Under the pieces are notes generated by a model, which saw only the letters and a list, made by a program, of their open reading frames with translations, was not told the origin of the DNA and searched no databases. The translations under genes and the position numbers were made by a program. Of a stretch of DNA of 64,000 nucleotides, positions 42,548 to 52,147 are shown one piece after another. Source of the stretch: an uncultured delta proteobacterium (GTDB lineage: Bacteria; Desulfobacterota; Binatia; Binatales; Binataceae); assembly GCA_963721485.1 (NCBI GenBank), contig CAVRJV010000014.1, forward strand, positions 6,373-70,372. The letters run 5' to 3'. The stretch's first letter is position 1, and each line of letters starts with the position of its first letter.

Positions 42548-43902
42548 GTGGACGAACTCAAGCGAACCGATCCCGAGATTTACGATCTCATCCAAGCAGG
42601 AAGAGCGCTACGAAATCGACTCGGTCCGCCTGATTCCGTCGGAGAATTACGTCTCGAAGGCGGTGCTCGAAGCCACCGGCTCGATCCTCACCAACAAGTA
42701 TTCCGAAGGTTACCCCGGCCGCCGCTATTACGAGGGTCAGCGCTACATCGATCAGATCGAAGAGCTCGCCGTCAGACCGCGCCAAGGCGCTGTTCGGTGC
42801 CGAGCACGCCAACGTCCAGCCCTACTCGGGCTCGCCCGCCAATTTGGCGGTCTATTTCGCGCTGCTCAAGCCGGGCGACACCCTGATGGGCCTCGCGCTG
42901 CCGCACGGCGGCCATCTGACCCACGGATGGCCGGTCAGCATCACCGGAATTTTCTGGCGGTCGGTGCAGTACCAGGTCGATCGCGAAACCCAGCGTCATC
43001 GACTACGACGCGGTCCGCGACCTGGCGCGCAAGGAGCGGCCGAAGATCATCGTGACCGGCGCCACCGCCTATCCGCGCCAGTTCGACTTCAAGAGTTTCG
43101 GCGAAGATCGCGAAGGAGGTCGGCGCCTTCTGCTCGCCGACATTTCGCATATCGCGGGGCTGATCGTCGGCGGAGCGCATCCCGAGTCCCGTGCCGCACG
43201 CCGACGTGGTCATGACCACCACGCACAAGACGCTGCGCGGTCCGCGCGGCGCGATGATCCTGTGCCGCAACGAATTCGCCGAGGAGATCGACAAGGCCGT
43301 CTTCCCCGGCCTGCAGGGCGGTCCGCATAATCATACGACCGCCGCGATCGGGGTGGCGCTCAAGGAGGCCGCGACGCCGGAGTTCAAAGCAGTACGCGCA
43401 TAAGATCGTGCGCAACGCCAAGACGCTGGCCGACGAGCTGCTCGCGCGCGGTTTCAGCCTCGTCTCGGGCGGCACCGACAACCATCTGATCCTGATCGAT
43501 CTGACCAGCAAGAAAGTGATCGGCAAGAAAGGCGCGAAGGCGCTCGACGCGGCCGGCATCGTCTGCAACTACAACACGGTGCCCTACGATCCGCGCAAAC
43601 CCTTCAGCCCCAGCGGTTTGCGCCTCGGCACGCCGGCGGTAACCTCGCGCGGGATGGGCGAGGCCGAGATGCGCCAGATCGGGAAATGGATGGACGAGGC
43701 GATCGCGCACGCCGGCGACGAGGCCGCGCTGGGACGCATCGCCGCCGCGGTCACCGAGATGTGCCGCAAATTCCCCGCCCCCGGCATCGCGCTACCTAGC
43801 GGACTGCTCCTTGCGATTGTTCCCCTTCCACTAGGGGAAGGGGTTGAGGTTAGGTTGACGTTCCAACCTTCGCGACGCGATAAACGCGCATGGCAAAAAT
43901 AA
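42548..43902 (+). CDS. glyA: serine hydroxymethyltransferase; about 6 frame breaks; C-terminus reads into a REP-B copy
   Basis: [54 protein letters not shown] (PLP Lys) and [12 protein letters not shown] start after GGAGGTGAGG. Confidence 0.9.
43819..43857 (+). repeat. REP-B hairpin repeat copy
   Basis: GTTCCCCTTCC-ACTAGG-GGAAGGGGTTGAGGTTAGGTTG. Same architecture as 19647-19669 plus 21693-21715, and as 57493-57541 (opposite strand). Confidence 0.65.
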
Positions 43903-44972
43903 AAATCGAACGCGGCCTGAATCTCGGCGTCGCCTACACGCCCGACATGCAGGACGGCAGCAAACGCGCCGAGCCGACCTGGTGCACGATTCGCGACCAG
44001 GTGCGCGACGCCGACTCGCTCGGCTACGACACGATCCTCGCGGTCGAAACGCAGCACGACCCGTACCTCGAGCTCGCTATCGCGGCGCAGGAGCCGTCGA
44101 AGATAGAACTCGCCACCGGTATCGCGCTCGCCTTCACCAAGAGTCCCGTCGCGACCGCTTACACCGCGTGGGATTTGCAGCGCATGAGCGGCGGGCGGCT
44201 CAAGCTCGGACTCGGCTCGCAGGTCAAAGGACATGTGACGCGGCGCTTCGGGATGCCGTGGTCGAAGCCGGCGCAGCGGATGAAAGACTACGTCGGCGCG
44301 ATGCGCGCGTGCTGGAGCACCTGGCAGACTGGCGAGCCGTTCGACTTTCAGAGCGAGCATTACAATCTCTCGCTGATGACGCCGAACTTCGCGCCGCCGC
44401 CGGTCTCGAATCCGCATATCCCCGTGCTGATCGCCGCGGTGCAGGAGCGGATGCTGCAGGTTGCGGGCGAAGTCTGCGACGGCGTGCGCCTGCATGGCAT
44501 CGTCACGCGCAAATATCTCGACCAGATCGCGTTCCCCAATCTGAGGAAGGGCTTCGACAAGTCGGGCCGGCCGGCCGCCGAATGGGACAATTTTCAAATC
44601 GGCGGCGGCGGCTTTCTATGCGCCGGCAAGGACAAGGACTCGCTCGCGCGCGCCGTCAGCGGGATGAAATCGACGATCGCGTTTTACGGCTCGACGCGCT
44701 CGTATCGCTCCAGTTTCGAAATCGACGGATGGGGCGACACGGCCGACCAGCTGCACAAATTGTCGGTGCAGCAGAAGTGGCCCGAGATGGCGAAGCTCGT
44801 GACCGAGGAGATGGTCCATGCGTTCGCCGCCGTCGGCACCTATGGCGAGATCGCGGCCGTAATGAAGAAGCGCTTTGCCGGCGTGAACCGTCTCGCATTC
44901 GACATGCCGCGTCAGGAACGATCACGATCGCGGCGTCCTCAAGGAAGTGATCAAGATCTGCGCCGCCCGTAA
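43890..44972 (+). CDS. luciferase-like (LLM class) F420-dependent oxidoreductase
   Basis: 360-aa ORF with LGYDTILAVETQHDP, LGLGSQVKGHVTRRFGMPW and PVLIAAV. The last ~25 codons may be frame-shifted (an alternative tail DHDRGVLKEVIKICAAR is readable). Confidence 0.65.
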   Translation: MAKIKIERGLNLGVAYTPDMQDGSKRAEPTWCTIRDQVRDADSLGYDTILAVETQHDPYLELAIAAQEPSKIELATGIALAFTKSPVATAYTAWDLQRMSGGRLKLGLGSQVKGHVTRRFGMPWSKPAQRMKDYVGAMRACWSTWQTGEPFDFQSEHYNLSLMTPNFAPPPVSNPHIPVLIAAVQERMLQVAGEVCDGVRLHGIVTRKYLDQIAFPNLRKGFDKSGRPAAEWDNFQIGGGGFLCAGKDKDSLARAVSGMKSTIAFYGSTRSYRSSFEIDGWGDTADQLHKLSVQQKWPEMAKLVTEEMVHAFAAVGTYGEIAAVMKKRFAGVNRLAFDMPRQERSRSRRPQGSDQDLRRP

Positions 44973-45044
44973 CACTGGGTGCAGGGGTCACCCCTGCCGA
45001 AGGAAGCGTGAAACCCACCGCGGGTTTCACATTAAATAAGTGAT
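44973..45044 (-). repeat. REP-A repeat copy 2 (inverted relative to copy 1)
   Basis: Fills the convergent gap between the stops at 44972 (+) and 45055 (-). Contains the hairpins GTGAAACCCACCGCGGGTTTCAC and GCAGGGGT-C-ACCCCTGC. Confidence 0.8.
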
Positions 45045-45054
45045 CTACCCTTCC

Positions 45055-45753
45055 CTAGAGCGGCGGGTTGATGTCGGACCACAGCCGCCGCATCAGCTCG
45101 ATATGAGTCTCGACGGCCCACAGCGTCTCGGCGGCGGCGCTTTCAGGTATCGCGCGGAAGATCGATCCTGCACTCGAGTCGCCGTGATCCTTATCCACTT
45201 TGACGTGCACGCTGAAGAACAGCAGCGCGTCGTCGGAGAGCTTGTAATGCCGGCTGAGCCCGTCGATCACGCGGACGTAAGCATCGGGATTGAAGAGCTC
45301 GGAGCCGAGGCTGATACCGGCGAGCGTCACGTACCACGGCTTCGATTCGGCCAGCCAGTACATCCAATGCATCATCGCGGTCGCGTCGGGGGTCATGGTC
45401 GCGCCGAGCAATTGTGCTCGCGGGATTCCGATCGCTTCGCCGAATTCGAGGTAGAGTTCGGGATGCGATCGGTTGGCGCCGGAGACGCGGCCGAGTTCTT
45501 CCTCGATCAGATTCTCGACGATCGCCTTGCGTGCGGGGAAATCGTCGCACTTCGCATAGATGAGGCCGAGGATGTTGGCGTTGTGCGCCTTGTTGCCGAT
45601 GAACAGTTGCGTCGCCCAGTGACGAAGCTGCGCCTGTGATAGCTCGCCGCGCTCAATCTTCTCGATAGTCGGATGCGAGCGAAGCGTGCGATTGTTGCGC
45701 TCGAGTTTTTCGATCAGGCTCTTGAGCTGGCGCGTTCCTTTTTCGACATCCAT
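45055..45753 (-). CDS. heme-oxygenase-like / TenA-PqqC-fold iron-containing redox enzyme family protein
   Basis: Intact 232 aa, all-helical pattern with EEELGR...HPELYLEFGEAIG and VHVKVDKDHG. Assignment from memory of the family, not from a search. Confidence 0.45.
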   Translation of the reverse strand: MDVEKGTRQLKSLIEKLERNNRTLRSHPTIEKIERGELSQAQLRHWATQLFIGNKAHNANILGLIYAKCDDFPARKAIVENLIEEELGRVSGANRSHPELYLEFGEAIGIPRAQLLGATMTPDATAMMHWMYWLAESKPWYVTLAGISLGSELFNPDAYVRVIDGLSRHYKLSDDALLFFSVHVKVDKDHGDSSAGSIFRAIPESAAAETLWAVETHIELMRRLWSDINPPL

Positions 45754-45756
45754 GTC

Positions 45757-47406
45757 TCAGTTTCCTCGTGATGCAACGGCTCCCGGAGCCATCGCGGCGC
45801 GTTCGGCGACGAGCTTTGTTTCGATGTCGCGGCGCAGCTCCGATTTCTTGATTTTACCGACGTTGGTGAGTGGTAGTTCGCTTATGATCTCGATTCGCTC
45901 GGGCCATTTGAACTGCGCGACGCCCCGCGCCGCGAGAAATTCGCGCATCGCGGCGAGGGCGAGCGTGTCTCCATCGCGCAGAGACAGATAAGCGCACGCC
46001 TTCTCACCGAGAATTGCGTCGGGCATCGCCACCACCGCGGCGGCGCTGACCGCGGGATGCGCGATCAGGTGCGCTTCGATTTCCTCGGCACTGATCTTTT
46101 CACCGCCGCGGTTGATCAGGTCCTTGATTCGCCCCTCGACGACGAGATTGCCGGACTCATGGCGCCGCACGAGGTCGCCGGTGCGATAGAAACCGTCGGC
46201 GGTAAATGCCTCTCGATTACGATCGGGCGCACGGTAGTAGCCGCGCAGCGTGTAAGGTCCGCGGCACCAGAGTTCGCCAACCATCCCGGGCGCGACGCCC
46301 GTTCCGTCGGTCTCCACGATTCGGATCTCGTCGGCCGGCGAGATCGGGCGGCCCTGCGTCGCAAACGCAAGCTCGTCGGACTCGTCGAGCCGCGTAAAGC
46401 ACAACAATCCCTCCGCCATTCCGAACACCTGTTGCACATTCAGATGAGGAAAGGCGCGTTTGAGCTCGCGTGCAGTCGGCTCCTGGAGCCTCTGACCGCC
46501 AACCGCGATCACGCGCAGCGACGCGAGTTTGACGCGTGAAGATTGTGGCAGAGCTAGAATCGAGAGCGCGATGGTCGGAACGCACGGCAGGTGAGTAATC
46601 CGCTCACGTTCGATTATCTCCGCGAGATCAGTCGCCTTGGTCGATTGCGCAAACGACGTACGCGCACCGGTCAGCAACGCGCCCAGCAAGCCGGGACACG
46701 CAAGCGGAAAGTTGTGCTCGGCTGGAAGCGCGATCAGGATGCGCGCGTCGGAGGTGAGGCTGGATACTGCGGCTGACACGCGCGCGTTGTATAGAAAGTC
46801 GGCGTGCGTGCGCGGAATGAGCTTCGGCATCCCCGTGGTTCCGCCGGAGAGCAGGAACAAGGCGACGTCGAAAGGGTCGCTCGCCGAACAGCCGATCGAG
46901 CGCGATGAGGCGCCGCGGTCATGCATGGAGATGCATCCATCGGCCGGCGTCGTTGAAAGAATAAGGCGAGCGCCGAGTTCGCGCGCGAGTGCCGCGTGAT
47001 CGAAGCCGCGATACTCGGGAGCGATCGCGATCGCCTTAGCATCAGAGAACGACACGAGGTATTCGAGCTCGGCTTTGCGAAACGCCGGCAGCGCCATGAT
47101 CGGAAGAGCGCCGACTTCCAGGCATGCGAGCGTCAGCGTCGCGAATTCGACGCAGTTGGGAAGCTGAATGATAGCTCGATCATTGCGCGCGATCCCATTG
47201 CGAGAGAGCAGCTCCGCGAGGTGTCCCGCTTCGTCGAGCAGTTGTGAATAGGTGAGGCTTCGAGTCGGATCGCTCAACGCGACAGAATCGGAATGCTCGC
47301 GCGCAGCGGCGGCGATCGCGTGAGGGATGGTTTCGCGCCGCCAGATTCCTTCGCGGACATAGCGCTCGGCGAAGTCGGTGGGGAATGGCGGGCATCCTTC
47401 GAGCAT
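45757..47406 (-). CDS. aryl-acid adenylating enzyme (EntE/DhbE-like AMP ligase)
   Basis: Intact 549 aa. The N-terminus FPTDFAERYVREGIWRRETI parallels EntE. Motifs LSGGTTGMPK, GYYRAPDRNREAF, TGD and GKIKK. Confidence 0.7.
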   Translation of the reverse strand: MLEGCPPFPTDFAERYVREGIWRRETIPHAIAAAAREHSDSVALSDPTRSLTYSQLLDEAGHLAELLSRNGIARNDRAIIQLPNCVEFATLTLACLEVGALPIMALPAFRKAELEYLVSFSDAKAIAIAPEYRGFDHAALARELGARLILSTTPADGCISMHDRGASSRSIGCSASDPFDVALFLLSGGTTGMPKLIPRTHADFLYNARVSAAVSSLTSDARILIALPAEHNFPLACPGLLGALLTGARTSFAQSTKATDLAEIIERERITHLPCVPTIALSILALPQSSRVKLASLRVIAVGGQRLQEPTARELKRAFPHLNVQQVFGMAEGLLCFTRLDESDELAFATQGRPISPADEIRIVETDGTGVAPGMVGELWCRGPYTLRGYYRAPDRNREAFTADGFYRTGDLVRRHESGNLVVEGRIKDLINRGGEKISAEEIEAHLIAHPAVSAAAVVAMPDAILGEKACAYLSLRDGDTLALAAMREFLAARGVAQFKWPERIEIISELPLTNVGKIKKSELRRDIETKLVAERAAMAPGAVASRGN

Positions 47407-47430
47407 CGTCGTCGCGCCGCGTGCTGCGGC

Positions 47431-48103
47431 TCAGCGGGCTGAAAGAGTCCCCGCGATCATGCGGAAGCATTCGTCCATGATGCGGCCGCGCTGTTCGTAA
47501 GTCGCGCGCCGGTTCGTACCACGTGTAAAACCAGTTCATCGCGCCGAACAGCAGCGAGGTAAGGATTCGCGCCTGCTCGCGATCGAGCGGTTTGTTGCGA
47601 TGCGCTGCGTACGCTTCGAGCAGGCGTCGGCAGATGCGCGAGTACTCGCGCTTGAGGCGCGTGATCTCCGCGGCGTAGCGGCCGGTTAGAGAGTCAGCCT
47701 CGCGCACGAGCACTTTCATCTCGGCGAGATTACTCATGTGGTATTCGAGATGACTGCGGATGAAGAGGCGAAGGCGCTCTTCCGGATCGTCGGTGGCCGA
47801 CATCCGCGCTTCGGCGAGCGAGACCAGCTGCTCGAAGGCGCGGCGCGAGATCAGGTAGAGCAGTTCCTCCTTGTTGCGGAGGTAGTAGTAGATGCGGGGA
47901 AATGAGATTCGCGCACGGGCCGCGATGTCACGAATCGACGCGAGGCCGAAACTCTTTTCGGCGAAGACGGCGGCGGCAGCGCGCAGAATGTGATCGATGT
48001 TTGCGTCGTACCGTTCTTCCGGCGCCATCGCGCGCACGGTCGGCTTGATTCGCGCGACTCGCTTCGGCGCCTGCTCGAGATTCGCCTTTTTCAACCGCAA
48101 CAT
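47431..48103 (-). CDS. TetR-family transcriptional regulator; one frame break near 47500
   Basis: HTH SIRDIAARARISFPRIYYYLRNKEEL. The C-terminus YEQRGRIMDECFRMIAGTLSAR is in another frame. Confidence 0.75.
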
Positions 48104-48104
48104 C

Positions 48105-48845
48105 CTAGCTGAACCTGCGCCCGGCCGCCGGATCGGGAATCGGAATCTCGAGCTTGGTCAGCAGATTGTTGACCTCCTCGGTGAACTCATCGCGCATCTG
48201 CTCGTTGCTGCGGCGCCGCAGTCCCCATCGAACGTAATCGAACTGGCGCTTGGAGCCGGATTTTCCGAACATGTCGAGCCCGGCGGGGTACCACTTCGCG
48301 AGATGTTTGATCAACAATTCGCGACCGCGGTCGCCTTCGCGCTGCAGATACCGGCGAATAAGCCGGTAGCCGAACGCGGCGTGGCCGAGTTCCTCTTTGT
48401 GCACGCGATCGGCGATTCGTGCGAGCGGCTCGTAGCTGCACCCGACCCATTCGTAACCCATGTAAGCGCCCTGGCGGTCGGCGAAGAAGCTGAACAGGCC
48501 GTACTCGAGCCAGTCATCGGCCTGGTCGCGCATTTCGAAAATGTAAATCGGCATCGGTGACGCCATGAACTTCGCGTCGACGGTGACGCCGAGATCTTCC
48601 AGCAGCTTCATCCAATAGCTCGCGTGGCGAACTTCGTCGGACCAGAACGCCGCATACTCGGCCTTGTCCTCGGCTGTGGGAGCGAGCGCGAGAGGTTTGA
48701 TGAGCGTGCGTTCGGGCGCGAGCATATATTCGGACTCGATGCGCGACTGGATCGACAGCATCCGCACGAGAAGATCCTTGTAGTCGGCGGGGAGGCCGTC
48801 GGGGCCGGAGAATTTGATATCGGTCGCTGGGGCAGGATTCGTCAT
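48105..48845 (-). CDS. PaaA/PaaC-family ferritin-like di-iron protein (stand-alone)
   Basis: Intact 246 aa. Candidate di-iron ligand motifs are SDEVRHASYW and HKEELGHAAFG. Its stop is 1 nt from the TetR start. Confidence 0.5.
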   Translation of the reverse strand: MTNPAPATDIKFSGPDGLPADYKDLLVRMLSIQSRIESEYMLAPERTLIKPLALAPTAEDKAEYAAFWSDEVRHASYWMKLLEDLGVTVDAKFMASPMPIYIFEMRDQADDWLEYGLFSFFADRQGAYMGYEWVGCSYEPLARIADRVHKEELGHAAFGYRLIRRYLQREGDRGRELLIKHLAKWYPAGLDMFGKSGSKRQFDYVRWGLRRRSNEQMRDEFTEEVNNLLTKLEIPIPDPAAGRRFS

Positions 48846-48912
48846 CGAATCCCATCCTTCATTGTTCTGAACGACAGTTCAGATACCATCCGCACTATCA
48901 TGCGGGTCAATA

Positions 48913-49674
48913 TCACCCCGCCATGGTCAGGCCGCCGCTCACGCTCAGCACCTGGCCGGTCACGAAGTCCGAGTCTGAAGAGGCGAAGAAGGCCACGGCT
49001 CCCGCGAGATCAGCGGGCTGGCCGAGGCGGCGGAACGGAATACCGCGCGCCATCGCGTCGAGAACTTTCTCGCGCCCCGCCATCGCGGTCTTGAGCAGAG
49101 CGGTGTCGGTTGGTCCGGGGCATACGACGTTGACGTTGATGTGATTTGCGGCGAGTTCGCGCGCGAGCGTTTTCGAGAAGCCGATGATCGCCGCTTTGCA
49201 TCCCGCGTAGACAGCTTCGCCACTCGAGCCGACGCGGGCAGCGTCGGAGGAGATCGATATGATTTTTCCCGCGCCGCGCGATTGCATCCGCGGTGCCACG
49301 GCTTTGCAGCAATTGAGCATCCCGCGATAGTTGATCGCGATCACTTTGTCCCAAAACTCCGGCGTCGATTCGACGAACGGCATCAGCACGTCCCATCCGG
49401 CGTTGTTCACGAGGATGTCGATGGGTCCCAGTTCCCGCTCGACGCGATCGGCCGCCGCGATCGCGTCGTCAAGTTTGGTAACGTCGAGCGCGACTGCCGA
49501 TTGCGGTTGCGCCGCCGTTGCATGAATATCCGCGGCTGCCCGCTCGGCGGCGTCGAACTGGATATCTGCGAGCGCGACTTTCGCGCCTTCGTCGGCGAGC
49601 TGCGTGGCGATCGCCAGCCCGATACCCTGAGCGGCGCCGGTTACGATTGCGACTTTGCCGGTGAGGCGTCCCAT
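48913..49674 (-). CDS. SDR-family oxidoreductase (BadH-like signature NNAGWD)
   Basis: Intact 253 aa with TGAAQGIG, NNAG and YAGCK motifs. Confidence 0.8.
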   Translation of the reverse strand: MGRLTGKVAIVTGAAQGIGLAIATQLADEGAKVALADIQFDAAERAAADIHATAAQPQSAVALDVTKLDDAIAAADRVERELGPIDILVNNAGWDVLMPFVESTPEFWDKVIAINYRGMLNCCKAVAPRMQSRGAGKIISISSDAARVGSSGEAVYAGCKAAIIGFSKTLARELAANHINVNVVCPGPTDTALLKTAMAGREKVLDAMARGIPFRRLGQPADLAGAVAFFASSDSDFVTGQVLSVSGGLTMAG

Positions 49675-49683
49675 AGTTTCAAT

Positions 49684-50445
49684 TCAACTCGCAACCCATC
49701 CGCCATCGATGATGAACGGCGCGCCGGTTGCGAACGGCGCCTCATCGCTGGCCAGGAACAGCGCCGTGTGCGCGATTTCGTCGGCATTGCCGACGCGTCC
49801 CAGCACCGAGCTGCGCTCTATGAACCTGGGTTTCATTCCGTCTGGCCCGGTAATTCGATCCACCATCGGCGTATGGATTACGCCGGGGCAGATGCAGTTG
49901 ACGCGAACGTTGTAGCGGCCGTACTCGAGCGCCGCGACGCGCGTCAACGAAATCACGCCGGCCTTGGCCGCGCAGTATGCGGCGGCGCCTTTGAGTCCGA
50001 CGATTCCCGCCACTGACGCCGTGTTGATCACCGCACCGCCGCCGCGCTCGACGATTCGCGGCAGCCCATACTTCATCCCGAGCCACACGCCGCGCAAGTT
50101 AATCGCGATCACGCGGTCGAAGGCCTCTTCGCTAAGCTGTGCGATGAATCCGGATTCGCCTTCGATACCCGCATTGTTGTAGAGCACGTCGAGCCCGCCG
50201 AATGCGCGCACAGTCTGTTCGACCATCGCACGCGCATCCTCGGAGTCGGACACGTCAGCGCGGATCGAAATCGCCTCGCCGCCGGCGGCTTTGATCATGC
50301 GTGCAGTCTCGGCCGCGGACGCTTCAGTCACGTCGATCGCCGCGACCTTTGCACCTTCGCGCGCAAATAGTACGGAGGCCGCGCGGCCCATCCCAGAGCC
50401 AGCGCCGGTGATTAGCGCTACTTTTCCTTTGAGTCTCATTGGCAC
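49684..50445 (-). CDS. SDR-family oxidoreductase
   Basis: Intact 253 aa with TGAGSGMG, NNAG and YCAAK motifs. Confidence 0.8.
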   Translation of the reverse strand: MPMRLKGKVALITGAGSGMGRAASVLFAREGAKVAAIDVTEASAAETARMIKAAGGEAISIRADVSDSEDARAMVEQTVRAFGGLDVLYNNAGIEGESGFIAQLSEEAFDRVIAINLRGVWLGMKYGLPRIVERGGGAVINTASVAGIVGLKGAAAYCAAKAGVISLTRVAALEYGRYNVRVNCICPGVIHTPMVDRITGPDGMKPRFIERSSVLGRVGNADEIAHTALFLASDEAPFATGAPFIIDGGWVAS

Positions 50446-50564
50446 CGCTCCATTTTGCCGGGAGATTAGCGCATTTCATCGCGATTCGGTTAGCGCAAAC
50501 GTAAAACGGAGTCGCAGCTTGGTGGCCGCGACTCCGCTGGTGGATGGAGGCGTCGAACTGGTTG

Positions 50565-51110
50565 CTACTCGGTCGGGGTGGCTGAATCGCTCGGGCCGCT
50601 TTGCGCCCACAGCGCTTTCATCTCAGCATGAATCGGATCGAGCTTCACCTTGGTCGCTGAGATTTGCGCGAGCTGAGCCGGCGTCAGCACGTTGCGGATT
50701 GCGATCGCGTCCTGGATTTGCTCGTTCGTCATCTGAGCCTGCAGCTGAGTGATGGTCGAAACCGGCACCGACAAGTCGCTGGTTGCCACCGTGCCGGTCG
50801 AGGTGAATTTGGCCGCGATTGCTTCCTTGGCTGCCTTCATCTGCTGGTATTCGGCTTTCCGCGAAGCATGCCGTGCCTCGAAGATAGCGTGTATCTGCTG
50901 CTTCTGCGCGTCAGTCAGGTTGGCCGTCCTCAGCAAGAGCGGCAGCGGGATGCCTGTCACGTCCATGCCGCCGTGCATGTCGTGAAAACCGTGATGCCCC
51001 ATTGGGCCGCCCATCCCGCCCGAACTCGACGACGCGACATGCGCGACTGCTGCGACCAGTGCCACCGCCATAACTACAGGAACGATACCGCGAGACAACT
51101 TCGAAACCAT
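50565..51110 (-). CDS. periplasmic Spy/CpxP-family (LTXXQ motif) protein
   Basis: Signal peptide, a His/Gly/Met-rich stretch, and two LTXXQ motifs (LTDAQ, LTPAQ). Start taken at the ATG at 51110. Confidence 0.5.
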   Translation of the reverse strand: MVSKLSRGIVPVVMAVALVAAVAHVASSSSGGMGGPMGHHGFHDMHGGMDVTGIPLPLLLRTANLTDAQKQQIHAIFEARHASRKAEYQQMKAAKEAIAAKFTSTGTVATSDLSVPVSTITQLQAQMTNEQIQDAIAIRNVLTPAQLAQISATKVKLDPIHAEMKALWAQSGPSDSATPTE

Positions 51111-51239
51111 AAATAAAACTCCTTGAAAAATGGAGCGGCCTCCTTGATTGGCGGCATTCGCTCTCACCTAACTGTACGTTAATCCGGAAAACCGGTTACG
51201 CACTCGCAGGAGCAGCAGAGTTTCAAGTGCGGTGCGCGA

Positions 51240-52088
51240 CTATGTTCGGCACGTCGCCATCAGGCGGTTCGCGTCGGCATAGGTGGTCGCGCCCTCGATA
51301 GTGGAGCCATAGGTGCCGTCGCTCAATAATTCCGTCACCGTCTTTTTCAACAATGACATCGCGCCGAGCGTCAGCCGGGTGCCGACGCTCAGCCGCGCGA
51401 CGCCGAGGCGCTCGAGTTCGGGAATGGTCGGGATGCCGGGGAAGGCGAGCACGTTGAGCGGACCGTCGAGGGCAGCGACGATTCGCTCAATGTCGGTGGC
51501 GCGTGTGACCGCCGGGATGAACAGGCAGTCGGCGCCGGCTTTGCGGTACGCGTTCGCGCGGCGGACGGCGTGATCGAAACGCGAGTCGGGCTCGCCGATT
51601 CCGAGCAGATACACGTCGGTGCGCGCGTTGATGACGAGCGGAACGCCATTGGAATCGGCAGCCTCGCGCGCGGCGCGCACGCGGTCGATGGCGACGTCCA
51701 AATCGTAGAGACGCGGGTTGCCGCCGTGAACCTGGTCCTCGAGATTGATGCCGACGGCGCCGGCGTCGATGACGCGGCGAACGGTTTCGGCGAGCTCGCG
51801 AGCGTCGTGCGCAAAGCCGGATTCGATGTCGGCGGAAACGGGAACCGATACTACGCGCGCGATGCGCGCGATCGCGGAAATCATCTCGTCGCGCGGAATC
51901 GTCTCGCCGTCAGGATAGCCGACTGAAAACGCGACGCCGGCACTGGTCGTCGCGATCGCGCGCGCGCCCGCGTCCTCGATTACCCGCGCGCTCATCGCGT
52001 CCCACGCGTTGGGTAGCACGAGAATCCTTGAGCGATCGTGCATCGCTCGAAATGCTTCGGCCTTGGCTCGTTGGGTGTCGCGGTTCAT
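51240..52088 (-). CDS. isocitrate lyase / PEP mutase family protein
   Basis: Intact 282 aa with LPNAWDAMSARV, GINLEDQ, NARTD and GADCLF. Confidence 0.7.
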   Translation of the reverse strand: MNRDTQRAKAEAFRAMHDRSRILVLPNAWDAMSARVIEDAGARAIATTSAGVAFSVGYPDGETIPRDEMISAIARIARVVSVPVSADIESGFAHDARELAETVRRVIDAGAVGINLEDQVHGGNPRLYDLDVAIDRVRAAREAADSNGVPLVINARTDVYLLGIGEPDSRFDHAVRRANAYRKAGADCLFIPAVTRATDIERIVAALDGPLNVLAFPGIPTIPELERLGVARLSVGTRLTLGAMSLLKKTVTELLSDGTYGSTIEGATTYADANRLMATCRT

Positions 52089-52147
52089 GTTGCCTCCTTG
52101 TCTGCTGATACATACAACACCGCATCGGGCTTCGTGTGAAATCGCAG

